NCBI RefSeq assembly: GCF_004010195.1
Contig: NC_057753.1
Span: forward strand, 1,811,930 to 1,875,929
Length of the DNA: 64,000 bases
Origin: Chiloscyllium plagiosum
Taxonomy: Eukaryota
Direction of reading: 5' to 3'
Below are positions 26,943 to 39,689 of the stretch, piece by piece; position 1 is the first letter of the stretch, and each line of letters starts with the position of its first letter. A model generated the notes under the pieces. The model worked only from the letters and a program-made list of their open reading frames with translations, searched no databases and was not told the DNA's origin. The translations under genes were made by a program, and so were the position numbers.

Positions 26943-27012
26943 CTGGAACCCCAATAGTTGCTAGGATTGGGTAGTAAATAGCAAACACGAGCCCTTTTGG
27001 TATTCCGTGCAT
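26943..27012 (-). CDS. GPCR copy C, coding exon 1 (MHGIPKGLVFAIYYPILATIGVP plus phase-1 G)
   Basis: ATG at 27012 with a purine at -3, and donor CCAG|gtaaag at 26942. Splicing to exon 2 gives ...GVPANLS... and a 326-aa protein. The YY-x6-GxPAN TM1 pattern resembles GPR139 YYSLLLCLGLPANIL (from recall). Confidence 0.88.
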
Positions 27013-28689
27013 TTCTGTCTGAATCTGCAGTTCCGTTTGGTGCCACAGTGAATGATAATCACATTTATACCTGATGCCAGGCTCCAGAGACCCAATTGAA
27101 TGCATTGTTGTTTATAACCATAATTACTGTACATGTAGAAAGCAGATTAGACATATCTTTGCTTCGCTTATCTTCAATTTTAATGGATTTCAAAATGTTT
27201 TCCTGGGCATTGTCATTTATCTGAAATCAAGTGCGTACAGGTTCTGGTCTCTCTGATTGGGAAAAAAGTGAAATACGAAGTAGGCCGTTGGAAATATGCA
27301 AAAAGCTGGATCTGGTACACTACAATCACTTGATGAATGAGCAGCACTCAGAAAGCTGGTGTTTCCAAATAAAACTGTTGCACTATAAATTGTGTTGTGT
27401 GATTTTTGACTGGATCTGGCTGAGTTATCCTTTTCTACGAATAGGATATTTCGATGCTTAAATGCTTTGTTCTATTGGAATATGCGGTCACGTTTCCTTT
27501 CATGATCATTGTTCTGCCTATATGATCACTGATTAGGTTCGAATCTCTCTGAAACTGTTTACACCTTCAGAATAACTGTCTGCACGCGGTGTGTAGGTAC
27601 CTTTATTATATTTCGTTTTGTGTTCAGGGCCAGTTTATTTTTACAATTACTATGACTGCAGAACAGATCACACTTGAACCTTTATAATGTCTTCTGAAAA
27701 GTCAAACACATACTAATTCAACTTGCACAATCTAATTCAGCAAGCACATAAAAGAATCGATACTTGCTGCTTTCTGGGTAATGCCTGTTCAATGTGATTA
27801 CATTTTTCATGATGGGGATGTACCGGTGTGGGACTATGGTAGACATCGTCAGAAATCTTCACGTGACGCATCTCTCTCAATTGTGATCGCAAATAACGTG
27901 TTTCACTATAACACGGTGTCTTGAGACCTCTAACTGCATTCAGTCTATCACAGTCCAGTGCTTGCTATTGCATCACTGTGGTTGTCTTCACTTGGGGAGT
28001 TTGCATATGACAGGGTGTGGTAAAATAATTCATTGAACAGAGAGGGACAGGTCCAGTTTCACAAGGTTAAATGAAGTGCTGATAGGCTCAAACAGTACTC
28101 TCTGATTATAACTTGCCGGATCCATTCCCTCCTCAGGCATTTAGTTAGGGAAGAAACGTGCAATTCAGCACCATTCATCACAAGATGGAGAGAATTATAT
28201 CAATAGGTTAATTTACTTATGAAACTGTCGAAAAGATTTTGTTTATTAGTACAGTGAAAGCGATCTGTTACGAATATTTATATTCAGAGTTGAAAAGACC
28301 CTTTCAGTTGTGAGCATAGATGCATTCAGTGTGCACTGGCTTAGTTCAGCACAGTTACATTCAGCGTACAAAAGATCAATTGAGGCCTCTTGCGTTCATC
28401 ATGTAAAGCCCAGATCAACAGCGTGACCTATGGCTTTTGATCAAGACTGTAACACGTTGGGGAGCAGGTGAGCGCATTGAGTTTCGAATGGTGAGGTGGA
28501 ATGTGATAAAATAGCAACGATTGCGTTTCCTATGCTTATAAGACGTTCTCGTGAAGAAAGCTGTTGTTTCAGGTGAGTGCATGAAGTGTACTAGGAAAAT
28601 ATCTGAGGAGAGGCTGCTTGGAAGGACTGAAAAGTAAGATTCTAAATAGAAACCCATTGACTGCTCCGTTGTTCAAATAGATCATATAT

Positions 28690-29285
28690 GATCTGATAAT
28701 CCTCAACTTTATTTTTCTGTCTTTTTCCAAGCACTCTTGACTCTCTTACTGCAGAAACAAAATCCATCTCAAACTTGAATATACTTCGTTATACAGCCTC
28801 TACAGATCACTGTCAAGGAACTCCACAAATGCACAACGCTTTGACAGAAGAGCTTCCGCCTGGTTTCTGTGCTAATTGCTCTGAGACTCTAGTCCAAGAC
28901 TTCCCCACAATGACAAACAACCTCTGAGCATCTACCCTGCCAGGGCCTCTTTGAAATATATATGCTTCTATAAGGCCACTTCTCATTCTTCTAAACTCCA
29001 CTGTTTGCAATCTGACTTACTTTATTTCTCCTCGTGAGAAATTTCCTCTTCTGGCAACTCAGTTTTTTGTTTGCTCACTAATTCTTTATCGATGCAAATA
29101 TATCATCTGCCCACAATGAGCTCTTATTAATTAGGCTTATGTGCAGGACGCCATCGAATACTTTTCGGAAATTTATACATTTTACATACAATTTATCTTT
29201 CTGCTTGTTGCCAACTCAATTAATTATTATTAACTTGTGAAGCATGATTCCCATTTGAGTAAAGCCATGTTCAATCAACTTGGTT
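28690..29285 (-). mobile_element. Degenerate CR1 fragments
   Basis: VEFRRMRSGLIEAYI...RVDAQRLF and LIEHGFTQMG in minus-strand translation. Confidence 0.6.
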
Positions 29286-29293
29286 CGATTGTG

Positions 29294-29606
29294 TAGATTA
29301 GATTGCTGACAGTGTGGAAACATGCCCTTCGGCCCAACAAGTCCATACCGACCCGCTGAAGCGTAACCCACCCATTCCCGTACATTTACCCCTTTACCTA
29401 ACACTACGGGCAATTTAGCATGGCCAATTCACCTGACCTGCACATCTTTGTGACTGTGGGAGGAAACCGGAGCACCCGGAGGAAACCCACGCAGACACGG
29501 TGAGAATGTGCAAACTCCACACAGTTAGTCGCCTGAGTCGGGAATTGAACCCGGGTCTCTGGCGCTGTGAGGCAGCAGTGCTAACCACTGTGCCACCGTG
29601 CCGCCC
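29294..29606 (-). mobile_element. HE1 SINE (V-SINE), full length and young
   Basis: The minus strand reads gggcggcacggtggcacagtggttagcactgctgcc (A box), ggttcaattccc (B box), the V-domain tgtggagtttgcacattctc...gggtttcctccgggtgctccggtttcctcccaca, a LINE-derived tail ttgggccgaaggg, and (aatct)n. Confidence 0.95.
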
Positions 29607-30199
29607 CTAATACTTCCAAATATTAGGGGCGGCATTTACAAGAGACTCAAACATTTTAAAGGCAAATTCTAAGCTAACTAAAGTGTTTTATCTCGTTTAA
29701 TGTTCTCCAATCCTTTTGGATTTTCCAGAAGTAAGGAATATTGGTATACTACTACTATGCATCCAAAGTTTCTTTGTCTACTTTCTTTAATATCCTAGGA
29801 CTCAACCCGCCATGTCCAGGGAATTTATCAGCATTTAGACGCAATATTTTACCTATTATCTTTTTTTTGTTGGTGTTAGTGCACATTTGCATGAAAGGAA
29901 CAACCACCCACCCACACCCCCGACAAGGTCTCTATTTTGAGATTTTCTGGAAGGCTATTTCTAATTTTCATAAGACCCTTATTCATTCTCACTGCTTCTG
30001 CATTACATGATGCATTGTTGTTATAATAATATTTAGGCCTTTCTGTTACCAAATAAGCAATTTGATGTCAACTAAAATCATGATGAGAAAAAGTCATCAA
30101 AATTCTCAATAAACATCAATGCTCCTTTGAGTTTCAGTTTAAAATACAGAAGGCGAGCAATTAATTCAGTGTGGCATTTAAATTGGCCCAAAAGATTAG

Positions 30200-30900
30200 G
30201 CACAGATTAAGAAGAAGACCATTCACCCCCTTGAGCCCGCTCCTCCATTCAGTAGGTCATAATTGATCTGCAGCCGAATTCCATGTGCCTGTATTGGGAA
30301 CAGGCACTTGCTTATAACTATTTGTATGCCTCCGATTTATATTTAACAGCTGAATTTTGATGAATCACCATTTGAGGAAGAGTTCCAATTATCCATTGCG
30401 AATTATTTCTAATGGATCTATTGAATGGCCTTGCTCTAATTCTGAGACTTTACCCACTTGTTCCAAAAATGGAAACAATTTACCTTCATCTATCCTGTCT
30501 TTCCATGTTCGTATCTTGAAAACCTTAGTTAGATCACACCAAGCCTTCTAAATTCGAGGTAATGAAGGCCTAATTTATCGATTGCTAATCCCTGAAGTCG
30601 AGGTATCATTCGTGTAATATTGCTTTGAACACCCTGCAGGGCCAGAATAGGCTTCATAATATGTTATGCTCAGATATGTTCATAGTACTCTTAGTAAGGT
30701 CGAACCACGGATTTGTGTAACAGCAGCATAACATCTTCACCCTGAAACTGCAGTTCTATAGATATGAAAACTAACATTGCATTGGAGTTCTGGACTATTT
30801 TCTGTATGGGTCCATGGTATTCAAAATAGATATGAGTCCAAAGATCACAAATCTCTTTGGACATCGAACGAATTTAAATTTTTGCTTTCTATAAAATATC
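30200..30900 (-). mobile_element. Degenerate CR1 3' fragment
   Basis: agaagaccattcacccccttgagcccgctcctccattc tail, followed by decayed RT C-terminal sequence. Confidence 0.55.
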
Positions 30901-31539
30901 TGGATCTGCCCAAAAGTTAGGAACAACCGTTTTCTGAAAAGAAAATTAACACTACTTCTATCTGCAAAAAGTCATCACTCGAAACACAGATTCCCTGAAG
31001 GGTTGATTTCATAGTTAATCTGTTACATGCTTGTCGCCAATAGTCATTATATCTCAAGGGATTGATATTATGTGTGATGCTCTGAGTATAACACATTAAT
31101 TGAAATCTTCATGAATGAAAGCATTTCAATATCAAATTATGCAGATAAGGTAGCATTCATTATGTTAACATCCATCACATTTCCCTCTATCTCGTGGTTT
31201 CGGATCTCCTGAAGACTTAGCCCAGAGATTTCACATTCATATGCAAGGAATTATTTACCGAAGTTTTGCTGGACCCTATTTGCCCTTTGAGAAATATGAA
31301 AAAGTGCTCTCCTCCTCGCAACGCCTCTGCTGTTTTACAGCCGTCCCACTCTTTGCAGCCTATATTCTCTTCCTTGTAACACCTGTCTTCTCTTGCATTC
31401 ACAGTTCCTACTATGTGGTTTTCCATACTCCTGGCCTGCGGGCTCTGTTTCACATCCCATTCCAGTTACCTCTCGATCGTGACTGCCCCACGAACTCAAG
31501 CCTTCCCGGTTTCTCCTTATCATATCTTTACAGAAAGGC

Positions 31540-32075
31540 GGGAAATTGTGTGGAAGGGCTATGGTCACAGGTGATTCAAATTTATGGGGAGTAGGTAGGG
31601 GTTCTGTGCTCGAAAACGAGAGTCCCGAATGGTATGTTGCCTCACATGTACAATGCTTAGGGATGTCTCAGATCAGCTGCAAAGCATTCTGAAGAAGGAG
31701 GGTGAACAACCATTTTTCGTGTTACATACAGGCACCAAAGATATAGGTAAAAGAAAAAAAGGCACGTGGTCCTACAAGCAGAATTTAGGAAGTTAGGAGT
31801 CAAGTTCAAAAGTAGGATCTCAGACGTAGTAATCTCAGGATTGATGTCAATGCCACGTGCTAGTCAGATTATAAATGAAACAATAGGCAAGATAAATATG
31901 TGGCTTCAGACGTAGTGGAGGAGTGAGGGGTTGAATTTTTAGGACAATGGGACTAGTACTGGTGGATGTGAGACGATTATACATTAGATGGACTACACCT
32001 GGACCGGACTGGAACCAATGACCCTTGGGGCAGTTTTGGTCATGGTTTTGGAGATGGTTTAAACGAATGCGGCAG
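31540..32075 (+). mobile_element. CR1 ORF1 (SGNH esterase-like) fragment
   Basis: gtgattcaa (GDS-like), ttacatacaggcaccaaagat (LHTGTKD-like), gtagtaatctcagga (VVISG) and gatggactacacctg (DGLHL). Confidence 0.7.
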
Positions 32076-32723
32076 CGAGATCTCTGTGGTCCCTCTGATC
32101 AGGTAAGACTGTGGCAATACAACAACAACAACAACAACCTAGTTAACTTATTGCGCTGTAATTACGTCCTCCTTCAATTGAAGGAGCTGTTAAAACTTAA
32201 GTTTGCCTCCAAAAAAATAGAAAGTATCCAGTGAAGTGGTACCATCTTCAGAACTAAGCTGTGCAGCACTTATCTCCATTTGTGCTGCATCGGGAATACT
32301 ATTTCCTCACGACTTTGCTGGTTAATTTGCTGATAATGTACAGTTGTCACTGTACTGTTGTGCGACAAACGTGATTACATGTGACAATAAAACTCCTGTT
32401 AAAATCTAACGATATGCATTGAACCGAGGAAACAATATGAAATAAAAATAAATGTGAGAATAATGTTGGAATTAATGACTTTGAAATGTGGTGAAATTTA
32501 CCTGCATTCAAGTTGCAGTTGTTCCCAGACACCTTCAACTGCAGGCTGTACTTGTTTTTGACTCCAGGTATAGAAACGACATGCTAGCTCATCAAAACTT
32601 GTGAATTTGCACGACAAGTAACATAAAAGGAACCGCTCAGGATAGGCAGAGGAAAAAAAGTGGGAACTATTAGGTAAAATAAAGGAAATTGTTGGAACCA
32701 GCAAGCTTAGCACAGCAACTGAA

Positions 32724-32880
32724 GTGGCATGGTGGGTCAGTAATGAGCACTGCTGTTTCAGAGCTCCAGGGACTTGTGCTCGATTCAAACCTCCGGTGAC
32801 TGTGTGGAGTTTGCCCTCCGGGAGCTCCGATTTCCTACTTCAGTTTAAAGATGTGCACGTTTGGTAGATTAGCCATGGTG
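32724..32880 (+). mobile_element. Degenerate HE1/V-SINE with internal deletion
   Basis: gtggcatggtgg...gcactgctg...tcgattc...gactgtgtggagtttgccctccgggagctccg. Confidence 0.65.
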
Positions 32881-34149
32881 AAAGTAAGGATAACGTAGTA
32901 TGTGCGTTTGAGATGCTGTCAAGAAAGTTGATAAGAACCTGTTACGTTGTGTGCCGTGCTTCCTCAATTTTAAACTTATATGAACTGTGTGAGCACTCTG
33001 GCTCCGTGCTCATGTATTCAGATATTGCTAATGTTATGGCAAAGCGGGAGCTTCATTTGGTCCAGACGTTGGATAACAAGAAGATAAGTGAGAATAAATA
33101 AATAATTTTACTCATCAAAGTAGTCATCATCCAGCCATAATGGGTTGATAAGTGGAAACAATGTTGGAAATATGAGATTCTATCACATTCGTTCAATCCT
33201 CCTTCAATGGTAAAATGTGTTACATCTCTGAAAATAAAACGAAGTAAATAAACCAAATAATCATGAGCCAGTCACCCAAAGTCAGTCTTGGGGTGAAAAC
33301 TAGAGAAGCTATGACCTGTGATAGTAATAAGTTTCACTTAGACAAAGTAAGTGACAAACAACATGGCTTTGTAAAAGACAAAACCTGGGAAACGTGATTG
33401 ATTTGATGAAATTAGATGAACAATGAAGATCATTTCTGTTGATTTTATATATGTCGATTTAATAAGATGCCATATTGCATTCTTATATATTAGCAAAATC
33501 AAATCCCATTGGATTAAAAAGCCTTGGCAGTCACAGTGTTGATGCACATTAGGAAATGCGACAGAAAGCAAATAATGATGGTGAATGAACAGAAATTGCT
33601 GGAAAGCTCAGAAGATCTGAAAATATCTGTGGAGAGAAATCAGAGCTGACGTTTCGAGTCCTGTGACCGTTCCTTCTCTAAAGATTGCAACCCCACTTTG
33701 GAAAGTTTTCGTCCATAGGTTGGTGCTGTGAGGTGTCCAAATGGATAAGGCAATGGACTGCAAAGCTTCCATGCTGTACACTGGTTGGTTCATATCGCAC
33801 TCTCGTCGCCATTTCTCCACGTTATTTTGGTATGCTTGCCGAGCTTCTTCTTGCCGGTTCATCGAACTGGAAGGCGTGAAATTTTCTGTATTTCAGTGAA
33901 AATTAGAAGAAGAATTGGAAGCCATGACCTAAACTATATCGAAAAGTAATGTTTATTAAATTAAAATAATGGAAAGGGCGGGACATAAATTGGCCTCATT
34001 CCCTTGTTCTATTGTGACATTCTGTGGATATGAATCCAATACAAGATGAACAAGAGTACTCAGGGACGAGGTAGCAGAAACCTTAGTTTGTCACGTAGCG
34101 AAAAAAAAGCTTGCATTTTTTTATAGACCAGATGAGTAAGAAATGGAAT

Positions 34150-34412
34150 TCCTGCAGTGCAGAAGCAGGCTATCCTACCCATCGATTTCACACCGTCTCT
34201 CTGAAGATATTCCCGCCCAGGTTCACCCCTTTTCTCTATCAACTAACCCTACTTTCCCCCTGGCTAATGCACCAAACCTTCACATCTTTTGACTGTAGGA
34301 GGAAGGTGGAGCGTTCTGATGAAACACATGTGGACAGATGGAGAACGTGTAAACTCCACGGAGACAGTATCCTGAGTTTGGAATCAAACCTGAGTTCTAG
34401 ACACTGTGAGGG
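34150..34412 (-). mobile_element. Degenerate HE1/V-SINE
   Basis: cacatctttt gactgtaggaggaagg...ggagaacgtgtaaactccac...ggaatcaaacctgag. Confidence 0.65.
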
Positions 34413-36702
34413 CTTTATCCTAGTTTTCATTTATCCTGATCAGAAGCCATTGAAATCAGAGGAACTAAGTGATTCGATTTTGCTGTTAGTCACACCGAGG
34501 ACAGAAGTGTCTTTATTTTGACAGTTGGGATTGCATCTACTTATCTTTGAGATAGTTGTGCCATCACCATTTCTGTACAATGTGCTGTTTCCACAGATAT
34601 CAGCAGTTATATTTGTCAGTGTGGATGCTGACAATATGTTTGCAGAGAGACTGCAACTCGGACATACTGTTTATATAAAATATAACATAAAGCAGATGCA
34701 GTGTCATTGTCTTGTTCATGGTACAGCAAAGTATGTTCCTGGTGAACAAGGAAGTCAACAAATGTTGGGGTACACATGAAGTTGGTTTTGATGTTGTACT
34801 CAGACCAGCCGTAACCTAAGAGTCATAGGGTTGTACAGCATAGAAACAGACACGGCAGTCCAACTTGTCCGTGCCCACCAGATATCCGATATTAATCTTG
34901 TTCCATTGTCAGTATTTGGCCCATTCCTCTGTAAACTAGGTTATTCACGCACCCATCCAGATACGTTTTCGGTATTGCCTCCACCAATTCGTCTGACAGT
35001 TCATTCCATATACGCACCACCACGTGAGTTAAAAAAGACCCCTTTGATCTCTCTGAGATATTTCCCTTTTCCGCATGGCTTCCAATTTTGGACTCCACAT
35101 CCTGGGAAAAAGACTTTTTACTCTATCCATTCCCGTCATGATTTTATAAACATGCATAAATTCATCATTTAGGCTCCGACGCTCCAGGGGAAAAAAACAA
35201 CACCAATATAATCAGCATCTTCCCATGTCTCAAACTCTCCAGCCCTGGTATCATCCTTATAAATCTTTTGTGCACATTTTCAGGGATAACAATATTCTTT
35301 CAATAGCAGAACGAATTGAATGCAGCATTCCAAAAATAGCCGAACCAACTTTGATGAATGGCTGAGCCATTTCAAAGAGCTCAACGGCATATTCCAGATC
35401 TTTATTCATATATTTATATGCATTGACACACTGAGACTACCCACTCGTGTGTAAACACACAAGGTAGATCTTTAAATAGCAGGTTAGACGCTGGACTGAA
35501 TTCAGTGAGGCCTTTGATCTCTGTTTTCCTAAGGTGAGCTCGACGCCAAAGAGAGACCACGAATTAGCGAGAAACATGATTGAGCTCAATTGATACCATA
35601 AAGGGATAGAAATTAAGAATAAAGGCTTGGGAGAACGAGAGAAATTTGAGTTGATGGAGGTGGAAGTGGTTTTGGCAGTCCAAATAAATCTTCCCTGCTC
35701 TCATGTCTGGCCCTCCAGGATTTTCTTTTTTCTGAGAGTACTCCAGATTCTCAGCTGCCATCTTGGCTGCACAGTGATCACAGTGCATGCCCAATTGTTT
35801 TGGCTATTGATCTGTTTCTTGTTATCCTCAGCAAAATTCACAAAAAAGAAATTCCAAACTCCTTAAAATGTTCACATGGTGCCTCGTTTATAATGGTACA
35901 TGTCGATAATCTACATCAGGAAAAACTGATGAACCCCTGTCGAAGTTTCCTAGTCCAAAAGATAACCGTTAATGGCGACTATTTTATGTCAATCAGACAT
36001 CACAATCATTTGACGTCAATATTGCTGCAACTTCTATTCAGTGATTTTCTCAACAGGCTGTCATGGAGCAGCTTATTAAATCAGTTCCTTCGTGTTTGTC
36101 ACATCAATTATATTACCGTAATCAGCATTCTGTTACCTAAACTACAAACAAAAGTTATAGAAAACCTTGGGAGATGATGTTTCCTCAATTCATCTTTGCA
36201 AGTTTTCCTGAATTAACAAACACTTTTCCAATTCCCTTAACTGTTCGTCAAAATCACCATTTCTAAAACATTTCCTACGACCAAAGTGAAACTAACCAGC
36301 CTCCACTGCTGCTTTAAACCCTTCATTGATGACGAGAGAAGATTTCATATCGTTTGCCAGGAACTGTGACGTAAATGAGTGAAGTGATTAAATTGCAATT
36401 ACAATTGCTGACAAGTGATTAAGAATTCGATAATTAATCAAATTTCACAAGATGTAAACTACCAGCCAAAAGGGACATCTGTAAGTAAATAACTAATAAA
36501 CAACTATCATTTCTGTTGATGTTGAAGAAATGAAAAAAGCACGGTGAAATTTTAAAGTTTGGAATACAAGTAGGGAATGCTGGAGACGCTCACATGGGCT
36601 GACAGATAAAAGTTAGTTCACTATCAGGTCTGTGACGAACTGACAGTGGTCAGGGAGTCAATGTGCGTTGGAGCTGCGAAGATGAACAAAAGGAAAAGCT
36701 TC

Positions 36703-38036
36703 TGTGATGATGCTCCTCCTTGAACAAGGTTATGTTGTCCTTCTTTTCATAAATGCATAAATTCAGGAAGTCTGGGGTTAGGTTAAGAGGCAGTACAACT
36801 AGATCTAGGTGTTCTTGTACATCAGTCAATGAAAGCAAGCATGGAGGTACAGAAGGCAGTGAAGAAAGCTAATAACATGCTGTCCTTCATAACAAGAGAA
36901 ATTGAGTATCGAAGCAAAGAAGTCCTTCTGCAGCTGTACAGGGTCCTGGTGAGACCGCACCTGGAATATTGTGCGCAGTTTTGGTCTCCAGATTTGAGGA
37001 AAGACATTCTGGCTATTGAGGGAGTGCCGCGTAGGTTCACGAGGTGAATTCCTGGAATGGCGGGACTATCTTATGTTGAAAGACTGGAGCGACTGGGCTT
37101 GTATACGCTTGAATTTAGAAGGCTGAGAGGGGATCTGATTGAGATGCATAAGATTATTAAACGATTGGACACTCTGGAGGCTGGAAGCATGTTTCCATTG
37201 ATGGGTGAGTCCCGAACCAGAGGACGCAGTTTAAAAATAAGCGTTAGGACACTTAGAACAGAGTCGAGGAGAAGCATCTTCACCCAGAGGGTGGTGTGTG
37301 TGTGGAATGCTCTGCCCCAGAAGGCCGTGGAGGCCAGGTCTCTGGATACTTTCAAGGAAGAGTTGGATAGAGCTCTTAAGGATGGTGGAATCAAAGGTTA
37401 TGGGAATAAGGCAGGAACAGGATACTGAATGAGGATGATCAGCCATGATCATAATGAATGGTGGTACTGGCTCGAAGGGCAGAATGGCCTACTCTTGCAC
37501 CTATTGTCTATTGTCTATTTATGAGAATTGCTTTTAAGTTTTTAAACAAATACTTGTACAATGAAAGTGGAGTGGTCACTTCTTCCAACTCAGCTTTTCT
37601 CTGGTTTAGTTTTAAGAAGCAGTCTGTTTTTTTGAGGCTGCAGTTGTTAGCTTGGAATGGAAAAGAAACAGTTCAATAGATGAAGGTGAATCATACTGAA
37701 TATCTGTACACTCTCTCTCTCTCTGCATTTTATTTTATCTTTATTGCCAAGGGATGATTATAGGGATTGGTGCAGCAATTTGGAACAGCCTAATTAAGTT
37801 TGGATAATCTGTTGGGTTTCCTGAAAATGTAAATTATTCTATATCTTGTTCACTCTTTTTTGTGCTTAATTCAGTAATCTTACAAATAAAATTCTGTTTT
37901 GTTAAAAAATAGGTAGTATGGTCATCTGCATCACTGCTGGGATATCCATCACATATCTGTTTAAAACAACGAGCAAATTTCGAGTCCGGGTTACTTTCTT
38001 GAAATGTTTCAAGGGGGTTTGGCCAGGTTCACAACA
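36703..38036 (+). mobile_element. Putative solo LTR (TG...CA) carrying a nested CR1
   Basis: Interrupts unit sequence that is contiguous in other units (compare 10030-10060). Starts tgtgatga and ends ttcacaaca, with AATAAA near 37884. No convincing TSD. Confidence 0.4.
36790..37518 (+). mobile_element. Relatively young CR1 LINE 3' fragment
   Basis: Clean ORFs AVKKANNML...LYRVLVRPHLEYCAQFWSP and LSYVERLERLGLYTLEFRRLRGDLIE...WNALP, separated by one stop. 3' UTR tggctcgaagggcagaatggcctact and a (ctattgt)n tail. Confidence 0.92.
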
Positions 38037-39689
38037 CTGAAATTTGTCAAATCAATCAGAGCAGTGAGAACATAAAAATGTTTCTGCGTCAGATGTGAAT
38101 AGGTGAGTAGATACCTTGAATGGGAAGAAAACCACAGAAGAGCAAGAACATAAAGTCAGTTAGAAACATTAAGTAAAATGTGACATAAATCAAATCACAC
38201 AATTCTTGAAATTCGACACCTCAAGGTTATACATTGCGTACTGTTGCAACCCAGTTCAGATGAAAAGTCACAGAACTATTAACTTTACCGATTTCCGCTC
38301 CAGTAGTACAGCTCAGATCAAGAGATTACTTCCTCCCACTCCCCTCCTTTGTGCACAGATATTAATTTTGGACTGTCCCTCAGTTGGACAGTGTTGGTTA
38401 AAGAGTAAGTAGTCTACAAGTAGGTTGTAAGTTTCTACTCATCCAGTACTAGATGACAGAGAAATGAGGGCCGTCATGTGAGTTGGAAATTCTGGCCTTC
38501 ACATACGCCTGCAATACGTGTCAATCTACTCGTTGGAGGTGGGCATTTGGGGATTCTGGTCCAGATATAGACATATTCAATCCTCCATCCCTGCCAATGT
38601 CGCAATTCTATCTCTTTCTGTTGTTTGCACGCGCTGAATATTTCCCTGCCCTGCAGGACATCAGTGGTCTACTTTGGTTGAAATGACAATCCAATAGCTT
38701 TCATTGTCATTTCGTTCCTATTAGTGTCAGTTTCATTTATTACCAGAGTTAGTCTCTCGATTTAACAATTAGTCTGTGTTTCAGTGGATTATCACTGTTT
38801 CTTCCCCCTTCTGCAATAAAGCAGGTTCACAGGAACGTAGATGGCCGGCATTTGCAGGTAGAACACTCAACGAAAACATTTTGGCACAGCAGAATGACAG
38901 GCATATGCTCTCTTTCTTGCAGGATAATGTTGGAATGAATTTAAGAAAGCCGTGTAGAACCAGCATGGCTTGCAACCTGACAGTCATTTTGCTGAGTGTT
39001 AGAATCGGCTTTCATGACCTCCAGTATTACAGAGAACTTTGGGCAGCATCATAATATCCTGTTTCGTCGAACCCTCACATCCCATATTCTCATATTTCGA
39101 AATGAGGCCACATGCAAGATTGAGGCGCTGAGTCCAGATCTATCATTTTTTTCACCACGTTTTCCTTCTTGATCATTTCTTGGCCCTTCGTTCCATGTGT
39201 TTGTACGAGCACGTGCGAGTATAACTCCAGGGGTTATTGATCAGTCCACAGAAAGTAAAGCAGGAGAATTCAAGAGTGTAATGGAAAATTAACAAAATTA
39301 ACATTTATTCTTAAATCGATTTGCTCTGAAATCTGAAGGAGAATGCTTTACTAAATTTAAAACTTTTCTGATACTTGGCAACTTCGCTGAAGTCTGCAGT
39401 CGAGGAATAGCTTGTCTCTGCGGAACTTTGTAAACATTCAAATTGGCCTTGTGAACAGTCGATTTCAGATTTGAGCCAAAGAAAACATAAAGACAGTTAT
39501 CTCCACAGTAAGGGACTGGAAAATAAACAAGGACTCGAATGTCCCCAGTCCTTGTCCTGGAGCGGGTGATAAGAACGGTATATGAAGAATATGTGAATCT
39601 GGTTCGAAGCCCTTACACGAGGCAGTCCTGCCAAGTGCATTGGCCCTGCATGCAGTTTTTTAAATAAAGCTTTTCCTTTGCTCTTGCTG

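Noticed and set aside
24523..27012. Assigning the gene symbol GPR139
   Set aside because: Similarity is family-level only. Multi-copy status and divergent TM5/TM6 motifs argue against one-to-one orthology without a phylogeny.
35564..35794. Similar short ORFs MHCDHCAAKMAAE (35564) and MHCDSCRARMAAE (58380-58748), suggesting a second gene family
   Set aside because: The similarity is explained by unit duplication. Frames diverge quickly, the start is not kept in the 8.8 kb copy, and there is no domain or splice support.
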